A stretch of 64,000 nucleotides of DNA from Asterias rubens (Eukaryota), in contig NC_047078.1 in assembly GCF_902459465.1 (NCBI RefSeq), positions 5,270,001-5,334,000 of the forward strand. The letters run 5' to 3'. Shown here piece after piece: positions 1 through 11,136 of this stretch. A program made the translations under genes and the position numbers. Each line of letters begins with the position of its first letter. The stretch's first letter is position 1. The notes below the pieces were generated by a model. That model was not told where the DNA came from. It made no database searches and saw only the letters and a list, made by a program, of their open reading frames with translations.

Positions 1-152
1 ATTTGTCCGATCTTGTGTAGAGCAAACGAGGCGGAACGGCATTTTGTATTGACAAACTTATCCATGGCAAAAGATTTGTCAAATGTCACACCAATGTTTC
101 TTGCTTTGTCGACAGAATAAACTGGTATACCATCAATTTGAATAGAAGATTG
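1..152 (-). mobile_element. L2-clade LINE RT fragment running off the window start
   Basis: Minus strand reads SIQIDGIPVYSVDKARNIGVTFDKSFAMDKFVNTKCRSASFALHKIGQ, matching the L2-type RT thumb pattern ARNLGV.FD...SM..HV...CRSA; part duplicated at 2146-2241 (+). Confidence 0.6.
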
Positions 153-2241
153 TGGAAATACAAGGAAATACAACAATCTAAAAATATGAAAAGCACAAGA
201 CCTTACAGGACTTCCCAAACACGAGTCAAAATGCATTAACATAGACGGAAGGTGTTTCCCACAGTGACAATCTGTAATTTGTATGTCATGTCAGAAATCA
301 AAAGAAAGGACACATCTTGCGCGAATAGTTTGTTTTTTATTCGATTATTATCTCGCAACTTCGACGACCATTTGGGGTAAAGTTTTCACAGTTTTGTGTG
401 CATCTTATGTTGTGATACACCAAGTGAGAAGACTGGTCTTTGACAATTCGTGACAGTTATGCTCTCCTGGGCATCCCACTTTTGTTTAAATTAAGTTTGT
501 TATATACTATTTGAAATGTGTGTGGGCGTGTACTTGTGCATGTTTTGCCCGAATATATATTAATATTAGTAATAATGCTTTGATGGTTTGAGTTCTTGTC
601 ATTGCTCAAATCAACCAAATACAAAAAAAGGGAGCGTTAAAAAAAAAATCTCCACACAAATCTGTTAAAGTCATGCAGCGATTTGAAAGGAAGTTACAAA
701 CTGCTGAAAACTAAACTGCTTTAATGTAAGATAAAAGAAAGTCAGCCGTTTATATATTCTGCAAAGGAAAAACACAATTAAATGAAATGCAGTCCTGAAC
801 TGATCCATCTTAAGAGTATATACTCTTTAGAAAAATCATACGACAATTTGTTGATACCAGGGATTCATATAGGTGTAGGCCCACGCAATCGCCAGATCCA
901 AATATTTTGCCATTTTCAGCGATTTCCAAGAGTCACAACGTTTCATTTTATGCTTTTTTTTTACCAGAGTGTGAAAGCTATTCAACTTCGACCACAAGAT
1001 TCACGGTTTCGGCCTTAAAGGTAAGTTATATAGCGGTCTCCCAGTGCTTTACTATTACAAATCCCTCTTTAGGAATGGTGTTGCCTTATAGTTCGTTATG
1101 AAATAAGGCACTGAACATTAAGGGCACTGAACACGTTTGGTAATTGTCAAGGACCAGTCTTCTCACTTGGTGTATCTCAGCATATATGCACAAACAAACA
1201 AACCTGTGAAAAGTTGAACTCATTTTGGTCGTCGAAGTTGCGAGATAATAATGGAAGAAAATACATCCTTGTCACATAAAGAAGTTGTGTGCTTTCATAG
1301 ATGCTTGATTTCGGGACCTCAAAATAAACTTCTGAGGTCTCGAAATCAAATTCGTTGAAAATTACTCCCTTCTCGAAAATTACGTCACTTACGTCACTTC
1401 AGAGGGAGCCGTTTCTCACAATGCTGACTCACGCAGTTTGTTACTCTACTATTTCACAATTTGAAATACCAATGAGTGAATCAACAGTTCACATAAAGCA
1501 TTGCACCCTCAATGCAAAACGAAAACAAAACAAACGAAGTCATGCTCTAGAACAAACATTTCCCTTTGTGAATATCAATAAACATTGACCTTTCCCTTCT
1601 AGACATTTTGCGAGTTTCTTTAACGTTATTACTTTAAAATATCGTCACCGTTTGCACGAAAAATCTTACTTAATTTCTTTGCAACCAAGACGGGCAAATG
1701 TATTTTGATCAGCAAAAAGTTAGATGAATTGAAGTTTAAAAAGATGACACCAAACCTCCTACTTTTCCCAGGTGAATCTGATCAATACTTCTATAATACT
1801 CATGGCAAGCTCGATGTATTCCCGTTAAAGACACTCGAAACCTTTGGTAATTGTCAAAGACCAGTCTTCTCACTTGGTGTATCACAACATAAGATGCACA
1901 CAAAACTGTGAAAACTTTACCCCAAATGGTCGTCGAAGTTGCGAGATAATAATCGAATAAAAAACAAACTATTCGCGCAAGATGTGTCCTTTCTTTTGAT
2001 TTCTGACATGACATACAAATTACAGATTGTCACTGTGGGAAACACCTTCCGTCTATGTTAATGCATTTTGACTCGTGTTTGGGAAGTCCTGTAAGGTCTT
2101 GTGCTTTTCATATTTTTAGATTGTTGTATTTCCTTGTATTTCCACAATCTTCTATTCAAATTGATGGTATACCAGTTTATTCTGTCGACAAAGCAAGAAA
2201 CATTGGTGTGACATTTGAAAAATCTTTTGCCATGGATAAGT
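56..2241. repeat. 393-bp near-perfect inverted repeat (arms 56-448 and 1849-2241) around a 1.4-kb spacer
   Basis: Direct comparison of the arms shows one mismatch by my reading (gacaaatc vs gaaaaatc). Confidence 0.95.
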
Positions 2242-2296
2242 AGCTTGGCTCTCTACGCGTGCCATGTAAGAATTACACACTCAAGCTACTGAAAAA

Positions 2297-2527
2297 AATA
2301 TTCACGACTAGTCGCGAATTTATTCGCGACTAATCGCAGAATTATTCACGACTAGTCGCAGAATTGTTCACGACGTCGTGAAAATATTCGCGACTAGTCG
2401 TGAACATATTCGCGACTAGTCGTGAAAATATTCGCGACGTCGCCAAAATATTCGCGACTTGTCGTGAATAAATATACGATGTCGCAAAAATATTCACGAC
2501 TGGCTGTGTCCCTTCAGGGCCACCATA
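2297..2527 (-). mobile_element. Single terminus of an IS3EU-like non-autonomous element with a ~22-bp subterminal tandem array
   Basis: About 9 units of aaatattcgcgactagtcgtga; ends ...gtgtcccttcagggccaccata (minus strand TATGGTGGCCCTGAAGGGACAC), similar to the TACTAAGCCCGGGAAGGGACAG terminus at 59268. No partner end found. Confidence 0.45.
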
Positions 2528-3293
2528 TTTAAAACATGCATCTGTTACATATGTGTTTATTACAATTAAGTCACTCATGTAGGCCTACCCAACTTTCCAG
2601 CATTTTTTAAACGCAACAAACAGCAACCCATTGTTGTGGAACTTTATTTGTTCCATTTAACTCTGCACCATTAGTAGTACAGTCCATAATGTCATCCCCC
2701 ACACACAGAACGTATACACGCAAAAGTTTAAACATTTCCAAAAAGAAAGTAAGTACATTACTGATTCTTTTCAAAAGAGTACATTAAATCACCGTTTAAG
2801 AATAGTATGCTTTCATAGTTACGAACTTTGTGAAACATCAACGGCTGTTTTGAAGCTGTAAACGAACATTCCATTCAAAGTTCTGGAGCAACAAAATTGT
2901 TAGAATGCAGTTTGGTCAGGACTCGGGATGTAGATTTTGCCAAATCCGTTTTGTATTAAGCAATCGGCCGTCGGGTTTTGTTATCGAAAGAGCCCCCATG
3001 TGCAGCTAAATCGGGTACTTTTTACGAATTTCTCCATACAAAATTAACCAAACTGGCCTACAAACCCTTAAAACAACAAGGCAAATGTTTTCTGAAAGTG
3101 CATTAAGTGAGAGGATCTAGGGGTAGCTGGCATACAAACCCTCAAAATAACTAGTCAAATGTTTTCTGAAAGTGAATTAAGTGAAAGAATGTAGGAGTAG
3201 TTATTAAAGACCAATAAAATTACCGTTTCTAATATTTTAGTTTGTATAGGGTTCCACAGATAATTATGATAACATATAACATTGGATGTTTTA

Positions 3294-3327
3294 CCAGGGG
3301 ACTTCGTCACGCGGGGCGCGCGCCCCG
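3294..3327 (-). mobile_element. Candidate Helitron-type 3' end
   Basis: Perfect 16-bp GC palindrome cggggcgcgcgccccg (3312-3327); on the minus strand it is followed 14 nt later by CTGG then T (CTRR|T pattern). Confidence 0.3.
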
Positions 3328-3782
3328 GCGGATGTTGACCAGAAAGTTTACATGAGAATTAATTGATATGAGAATAAACTAAAATTAATGAGGCCGACGC
3401 TCTGTTACTCCCAAAAGCGGTGCTAAAAACAGTAGATAAGATGTTGCACAGCGTGTTCCGAAACAATAATTAAACACAAAACCAGAAAGTATAATTCGGA
3501 AAGAAAAAACGTTGCCTTCGCCGATTGAGTGCATGCAAGCACTAGGCTCCATTCCAATGTGTCAACGGTTTTATCAACGGCACGAATGTCTTGACAAAAT
3601 GCCATGTTTGTTTTCCGCACAGTAGTAGGCCCCTAACAATTTCAATCTTAGATTCTGTGATTAGAGTGTGTTGTTTTTCACCCGTGGATTTTAAGCATGA
3701 TAGGAACACATGATCGAAACAAACCTGTAATAATTGTCTTGCATGCGTAATAATTAATGTGCAAGAGTATGTTTCAACCCGG

Positions 3783-4274
3783 TGTGGCGGTTTCAGACTT
3801 CCGCCGTGTTCAGTTTTCCGAGTGACGTAGCCGGAAATTTCGACACGTTGCTCAAACGGTTTTAGCTTTCCGACGTGTTCAGTTTTCCGGGTGACCTGTC
3901 AGATACCGCCGCGAGTACCCTGGCGAGTACTGTAGTTCTCTCAGCAGTGACCCCCAAATTGTTTATATTACGATTCTTTTCTGTGTAGTCACATAATCTC
4001 TTGCCCCATCTTTACATGTATTCATGGGTACAACTTTAGGCAGGTCCCACTCTGCTTGCATAAAAAACAACTCATACGTACGATCCACGCGTTTGCCGCT
4101 AGTTGTACTCGACTCGTGGACGCCGCCATGACAGCTACCGGAGGGTAATGGATGACTCAATACGGCACTAAAAACGGACTACTTTCGCTTGCTGTGCGCA
4201 GGCATCGCATGACGTATGCTACCGTATTTGGTCAGTCGGAAAACTGAACACAGCGGAAAGTTGAAACCGCCACA
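3783..4274. mobile_element. Ginger1-like non-autonomous DNA transposon (492 bp)
   Basis: TGTGGCGG...CCGCCACA termini, ~40-bp imperfect TIR, CCGG on both sides (3779-3782, 4275-4278). Empty sites with a single CCGG at 42821 and 55639 (CTGG at 13620). Confidence 0.85.
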
Positions 4275-4895
4275 CCGGCATAACGTGCGGAACACTATGA
4301 ACGGTGCGAAATGTTTAGGGTTCGTCTCAACAGCACAGAGGGTTAGTTAGCACAAATCGTCATCTTTATTCAGTTTGAATAAGGTACAAAATAATAATAA
4401 TAGCACATGCGTGTGTACATCTCATGCGACTGTTGTGAAACGGTTTGTCATTTTGGATTGCTTTCAAGGGTGCATATACAACTACCGTAGACATTTATCG
4501 ACAACAACAGCTACATAGGCGGCCAAACCGTCGAAGGCAAAGCAATACAAAAACACTTTTAGTGTTAAACATAAACCAACACATACGTGGTGTTAAGTTT
4601 TCCCGAAAATATTTCACTATATCAAAACAAAACTTACCTCTTGTGCGAAAGTTTTTTGTGGTATTATTATATCCTACCAATGGTTGAATCGCTATCCGAG
4701 TGTGTGCTGACTAGCATAGCCTCGTGCATTTACATTAACATAATCTTTGCACAATGACGGTGGGCCAGGAGGTGCCTCACTGGATTGAGGAATGGATCAT
4801 TGTTCATGTGTGAAAAACATCTGACGATCCATTAAAATTCCGATCGTTTACATTTTTATTTTCTGAAACCCTGGGAGGTCAGCTTAGTAGCTATA

Positions 4896-5923
4896 TAGCT
4901 ACTAAGCTGACCTCCCAGGTTTTCACCGCTGTTCAGAGCTCTACATCGAGTGCCAATTAGTTTTGCGCATGCGCGAGATTTTCAGAAAGTCCAACATGAG
5001 ATGAATTATTTATAGCAGTGACCCCATCGCTGTTTTGTGCATGTTTCTATGACTTTAACAGCGAGACCGAATGACGTCAACGATGAGTTTTGTTAGACTG
5101 TTGTGAGTAAAATTGAATTTCCCTGATATTAAAACAATGTTTGTTGTAGAGGAAAATTATTATTTTATCAAATTATTCCGTTTATATAGCAGCAAACCCT
5201 CTCTGGAATTATCAAAATCAGTGGGATTCCACCGACGTTTTTCTGACGCGGCCTACATGTTTCACATACAAACTTAACAAACGCATACACTGCACAATGT
5301 TTATACAATGTGCACACGTCACAAAAAGCGCAATTGCCCAATGCTTGTGTACATTACCCTTGATAAAAATTCTTCACCAGAACGTCGTCATGTGTTACAA
5401 AAATAAACAGGGAATTGTTTTCAAAGGGTTTGCTTTCTCAATTTTGAGTGGAAAACATCAGTTGTTATATATTTCTTACGTGTGAGGTCTATTTCTCAAC
5501 AAGAAAATTCACATTACGTAGATTTTGAAGGATCAATTCGACTCAAAATCCGACCATCGCAACTAACTTCATTGCATATTCATGTTTAGTTTTCCATCTT
5601 GGCTTTTAATTGGTCAAAAATCGCGATGACCCCAGATCGTTTTCAACGGTTGAAAGGCTATGTTTTGTTTACGATTTTGACTCAAGAGGGCGCTCGTCAA
5701 CAATTTCCCACATGCGCAAAACTAACTGTCAGCGAGTAAGCAGCTAGCCTCGTGCATTTGCATTAACATAATCTTTGCACAATGACGGTGGGCCAGGATT
5801 TGCCTCACTGCATTGGGGGAATGGATCATTGTTCATGTGTGACAAAAATCTGACGATCCATTAAAATTCCGATCGTTTACATTTTTTTTTTTCTGAAACC
5901 CAGGGAGGTCATCTTAGTAGCTA
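4896..5923. mobile_element. ~1.03-kb non-autonomous TIR element flanked by TA
   Basis: TIR TAGCTACTAAGCTGACCTCCC(A/T)GG at both ends, TA at 4894-4895 and 5924-5925. It abuts the end of a truncated copy (~4730-4893), making a 44-bp palindrome. The copies at ~13000 and ~55080 carry only the truncated part. Confidence 0.7.
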
Positions 5924-7474
5924 TACGCCCCTTTTGCTTCTTTATTTGTTTGTTTTTCTTCTTTCCTTCTTTTTCTTCTTCTTGTTTGTCTTATAAAAAG
6001 AGAGTTTTTCATAAAGGGGTCCTTTATTGGAATAGTCTTAATGCAGAACATAAACAGTCAGTCAGTGTTTTTTTCTTTTCGTGACAAGCTTAAACATGGA
6101 CTATAACGGTACTACTTTAAAATCACTATCAGAACTTGTTTATGTTGTGTTCAGCTATCAATTCATTGTTGTGGTCATGTTTTTCTCCAAATAATTTTGC
6201 TACAATTTGACCGAAAAAAATTGACCTCGATTCTTCGATTTTGAAATTTCCCGCCCTGTACTGGTTCCCGGCTATTAAACCAACACTGAAATCCAAGCGG
6301 ATTTGTAAACCAGCGGACGTCATGAACGCGGTCAAAAAATGGTGACGTATTACCCATGAAGCAACGAGAGTAAACAAAGATTACGCCATGGACTCCGTGT
6401 GTTGTGTATGCGTTGTCATCCACACTACAGGCGTGCGTGTGTGCTACGAAGCTTTTTGTTTCTAGTGTATCAGCTATAAATACTGCCGACTATTTGGTTT
6501 TTTGTGGATGCACTTGTAGTTTCAAAGTTTGTGTAGGAAGCCTGGATCGATTCCGAAATTTAAACCTCTAAACATCGAGAGAATTCAGGGGGATCTTCTA
6601 CCACCAGGCCCCAGCCAGTGCTGCATGTGCATGCTACGAGTACGACGTCGACGGGGTCCCTCTGCCGTGGCCCTGGTCGCAAGTGGCCGTGGAACAGCAA
6701 AAGAATCAAGTGGCATTACAGAAAAGAGAGGGAGAAAAGCCTGGTAAGTACTTGTTAATACATGTAATCTTTAAAAATCTACTACTGAGAAACTATCTCC
6801 ATTATTAATTCAGGCCCAATACATGTACATGTATTTGTAATAAGAAAAATAGTAAACAATCTCTACCCTTTTCATGCAAGGAACAATCATCTTGTCAAAT
6901 GACACGATGTGCATGCTCTGAATCTGACCCGACTACCATAAAATATCTACATAGTGTATTGACTCTGTTGAGTGATGAATCCATGCAGCCACCCAAGTGC
7001 TTTTGGCATGTTTATGCCCTGGTTTACACTTTCTGGCATGTTCATGCTCAACCATGTGTGAACACTATATTAATCCATTTAAAAAGTTGATTGTTACAGT
7101 TAACAGTTTATTGGCCTCACTGACATGTATTTATATTGGTCTATACTGGATTGCTGAACATTGTTTTTGCCAAAGCTGCCTAAGAATTGTTCGCTCTTTT
7201 TTTTTTAAGGCACAGCTCAAAAATATGTTCAAACTCCCATCCATATAATTGCCCATCCATGGTCATTCAGATTTTGTTCTCTCCTAATTCAGGAATTACC
7301 AATTCCAGAGAAGTTTAGTGTGAAGTTTTCCTATAGCTGTGTTTATTGGCTTGGCACGGTTAATTACATGGAGTGTTTACTATATTTGCATTTGTAAAAT
7401 AAGGCCAGTTCTTTTTCAGCACTAGTTTTTTTATTTATTTATTTATATTTTGTTTTTATATTTTTTTTGTACAG

Positions 7475-8150
7475 AAATAACTCGCAGCTCTACACTACAA
7501 TGAGAATGCAGGACGAAGACAATGCAGGACGGAGACATGCTAGCCAGAACTAGAAATGGAGACCTAAGATTCTCAATAGCACTTTAGGTAAGTAGTAGGC
7601 CTATGCATGCAAATTTTCAGAGGATCAGATGATTTCTTCATTTTTAGTTTTTCAGCTGCCCCTTTGAAAACTGTTCACGGTGGAGGGGGGGGGGGAGGGG
7701 ATGGGGTGTTGAATCGCAAGAACAGTTTTGTACTAGGTGTAGATCTGGGGGAGGGGGTGGTTGGAGGTCATGTTTTCTATCAGACATAAAGAAAACCTGC
7801 CCCCTTGGTTTTGTTGCATGTGGACTCCTTTTGTTCTGGTTTTGCGTTAACTCCTGTAAGGTTCTTTTCAAAACTATGCCAACTCAAAGAGAGATTGTCA
7901 GTCTGTGGTGTTACGTCAAACCTTCCGAGATTGTATTTCTGCCATGTAAATTTTCAAGAAATCCCACATAACGATTATTTGGTTTTGTTTTTTATTTTTC
8001 ATTAAACAGATACGCAAAGAATGCATGAACAATGCACATGTTCATTGTCAGCAGGGTGACAAGACATGAAAACAACTCCATCCGCAGCTGATGTGTAACC
8101 CCCGTGTCATTGACATCAACCTTCACCAGCCGGAAAAGGATGCAGCAGTT
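7475..8150 (+). pseudogene. Kolobok transposase C-terminal exon remnants
   Basis: Exon 7475-7587 (cag|...|gtaagt) reads LAALHYNENAGR...ARTRNGDLRFSIAL, resembling the Kolobok LAALH(Y/F)NEN motif. Exon from 8010 reads ...LHQPEKDAAV. Stops and frameshifts present. Confidence 0.7.
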
Positions 8151-8220
8151 TTTTTTTTTTTTTGGGGGGGTGGGGGTTCAAAGGTAGTGGGTTCAACTTT
8201 GTTTGAAGAAAGAATGACCT

Positions 8221-8478
8221 GTGCCCAGTTTCATGGATCTGTTCACCACCAAATTCTGCGCTTATGATCACCGTTCTCTGCTTACGTCCAAACGCTAAAT
8301 TTCTGCGCTTACTTTGTAAGCGTAGAATGCCTGGTATAAACCAAGTATGCACCCATGACCGGCAAAAGCCAAAATTCGCTGGTAACCTGTGAAACGCGCT
8401 TGATGTAAGCACATAATTCCCTGCTTCCGCAAGTGCCGATTCTTTGTTTACAGTGTGCAGATCCATGAAATTGGGCCC
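8221..8478. mobile_element. Harbinger-like MITE inside the Kolobok element (internally deleted second copy at 8572-8716)
   Basis: TIR G(G/T)GCCCAATTTCATGGATCTG. It sits in a locally triplicated unit whose third copy (~8770-8850) lacks it. Confidence 0.75.
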
Positions 8479-9414
8479 TAGCCTGTACACATTGATTTTT
8501 TGGTGTTTCTTTTGGTAGGGGGGAGGGTTCCATGGTAGTAGAATCAACTTTGTTTGAAGAAAGAATGACCTGTGCCCAATTTCATGGATCTGTTCACCAC
8601 CAAATTGTGGGCTATGATCACAGTTCTCTGCTTACGTCCAAAGGCTAAATTTCTGCGCTTACATTTGTAAGCGTAAAATGCCTGGTATGCAGATGCAGAT
8701 CCATGAAATTGGGCCCTAGCTTGTACACATTGATGTGGGTTTTATTTTATTTTTTATATATATTTTTTTTGGGGGGGGGTAACCAGGGTAGTACAATCAA
8801 CTTTGTTTAAAAACAGAATAACATGGTCTGTACACAATGATTTTATTATATTCTTTTAATGTACAACTTAATTTACAAAGAGAACCACAGCTAACTAGGT
8901 ACATAACATGGCTTAGGTTTTCTTTTTTAGGGAGAGGGGCGTTGACAGGGTTGTATAGTTAACTTTTTTTGATGACGGAATGTTCCGATGATTTCGCTAT
9001 CACTAGGCAACCTTTTTTCAATTTTGATATTTAAAACTGAAAAATAAACTATTGTCGTTTGCAAATACATACAGTTTCAGTGTTGTCGTTATTATGGAGG
9101 TGTACATGTAGGCTTCTGTTTCTTGTTTTGTTTTTATATTTCTGCTAACCAAGTTGAATGTTGTTACCATGTTAATCATAGTGTATTGTTGACAACAGGG
9201 GACAAGTTTATTGCACATAAGTGCTAAATTAATCAATTTGAACCACACACCTAATTTTATAAGCCATAGTAATTTACATTTTGTGTCTTTCAGAGGGGTG
9301 GGTGGTTCAAATTAAATTATTCAATTTGAACCACCCACCCCTCTGAAAGAAACAAAATGAAATAATATACATGTACATTTATACGTAAATTATTATGGCT
9401 TATAAAATTATTTC

Positions 9415-10386
9415 TCACTCCCTCCGGATCATTATAACTTGGAAAATTGTTACGACTGAAGACAAATAAACCAAAGCAAAGCTGCCTAATCCGTTGGTGG
9501 ATACGAAAATCCTTCCACTGTACTGTACACGAGGGTTTGGAAATGTCCTTCGTGTTGCTGCCACCAAACATGATGTCAGTGGCAGGGGTTGAACGGCCAA
9601 GATAGTCCTAAGCTCACCACTTGCTGATATTCAACATTGCAGTGTTTTCTGTAAAACAAAACAAAAGAATTCATACAAAATTATTAACAAAAGAATTCAT
9701 ACAAAATTATTAACAAAAGAATTCATACAAAATTATTAACAACAGATTTGTGGTTTGCATGGTGAAGTGTTAATATTGCATGTGTGTACCTGAATTGCTT
9801 TAAAACTATACCCATGCCAGAAGGCAATCATAATCCAAAGTAACAGTTACATACATGTTTGTGTTTGAGATATTTGTGTAGATGCACATGTGTCCACCAC
9901 CACGCAGTTACTTGGTGGAGAAAAACAACAAAAATTACCCCTCCCCTCACATTTCTACTGACTAAGTCAGTGCATGTGTTGTTCACATACATGTATTATA
10001 ACGTGAATGGAGGTAAACAATAAACCTTGTCCATCATGTTCGTTCATGTTTTAATTTAGTCAAGGATAGCCTTCAACTATTTTTGGGAGCAGAAATAAAC
10101 TGATCAAACGAAGCATCATTCAGTATAATTCATGAAACGTTTTGTGGCCTTACCAGTCTGTCTTTAGCCGTCGATCATCAGGGTTTGGCTCATCGTCTTC
10201 GGCCTGACGATCATCGTCCCCGGGCTGGTTAACTAAATGTACTCATAACACGTCTTCGGCTTCTCTCTCGTCCGGTGAGCTCCCCTTATCGCGGCTAGAG
10301 CCCTCAGTTTCCTCTGAAGTGCCTCCCTGAAATGCCTTTTCCTCATCTATACTGTGGTTTTCCCAAGACCCGCTGCCATCGGACAT
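9415..10386 (-). pseudogene. P2X7 cytoplasmic-domain-like accessory gene of the Kolobok element
   Basis: First exon from ATG 10386: acidic MSDGSGSW...DEPNPDDRRLKTDW|gtaag. Last exon (acceptor 9649-9650) reads YLG..VQPLPLTSCLVAATRRTFPNPRVQYSG, matching the P2X7-like YLG...R..LPSC.V..IR..FP...Y.G motif. Stops and frameshifts present. Confidence 0.7.
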
Positions 10387-11136
10387 TTTCGCTGTTTTTT
10401 GTGTCAAAAAAATGCAGCCTATAGTGTCCGATGTTATTCCCCATTCAATGTACATGTAAAATGCACGCACACGATCGACCTGACACACTGTGTACAGAGC
10501 TTCGGTACGTGGTGTGACGTCACACACTGTGTATGAAAGGTTCGTGGGTCACCGGCTTTTGCCGAAACTGAGTTTTCTGGGTCGGAGTACGCCGCGCGAA
10601 TTTGTGTTTTTTTTTGCATGAAGGAAAAGGTTTTATTGAATACTACTAAAATATCAGTCCTTATTTTACATTTCTTGTACAAAAATAGTAATATTGGCTA
10701 TATCAATAATCCGTTATAGTCCATGTTTAAGAAGATTTAGATTGATTTATACACTACTTATTAATTATATATCTTTTTTGTTTTAATACACAACATTTTT
10801 TAGTAATTATTTATCTATAGCCCAGTCTCACTCATGCATAATGTCCATGTCCCTTTAGTTTGTTTGTGTTCGTTTTTGTGTAAATTGTCCTTGTCTTAGG
10901 GAAGAGGGAAAACAGCTCTTGCTTCTTCTTTCTCCTACATGTTAAAGGCAGTGGACACTATTGGTAATTGTCAAAGACTAGTTCACAGTTGGTGTATCTC
11001 AACATTATGCATAAAACAACAAACCTGCTCAATCGGTCATCAAAGTTGCGAGATACTACACTTCTATGATTACTGTACTGTTTTTAATCACAGGTCAGCC
11101 ATCCTGTTTTTCCTGAACATGCGGTTGGTTATTAAC

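Larger units (their letters stand above)
6094..10726. mobile_element. Kolobok-superfamily DNA transposon, degraded two-gene element (4633 bp)
   Basis: Perfect 16-bp TIR ACATGGACTATAACGG, TTAA on both sides (6090-6093, 10727-10730). Single-TTAA empty sites at 42542 and 54916. Contains transposase and P2X7-like remnants in convergent orientation. Confidence 0.9.
3465..11055 (-). repeat. Inverted copy of the backbone duplicon, expanded by three insertions
   Basis: With the insertions at 3783-4274, 4896-5923 and 6094-10726 removed, the reverse complement aligns to 12550-13812, ~42350-43040 and ~54580-55840; 3465-3575 also matches 45973-46073. Shared diagnostic variants include gactagttcacagttgg and cctgctcaatcggtcatc. 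Confidence 0.9.

Noticed and set aside
2297-2527. CRISPR-like look of short palindromic arrays (also 16930-17300 and 59310-60350)
   Set aside because: Units are contiguous with no unique spacers, no cas genes are present, and the context is eukaryotic transposon ends.
9415-10386. Host P2RX7 receptor gene
   Set aside because: Only the cytoplasmic-tail-like part is present, it lies within transposon TIRs, and it is disrupted.
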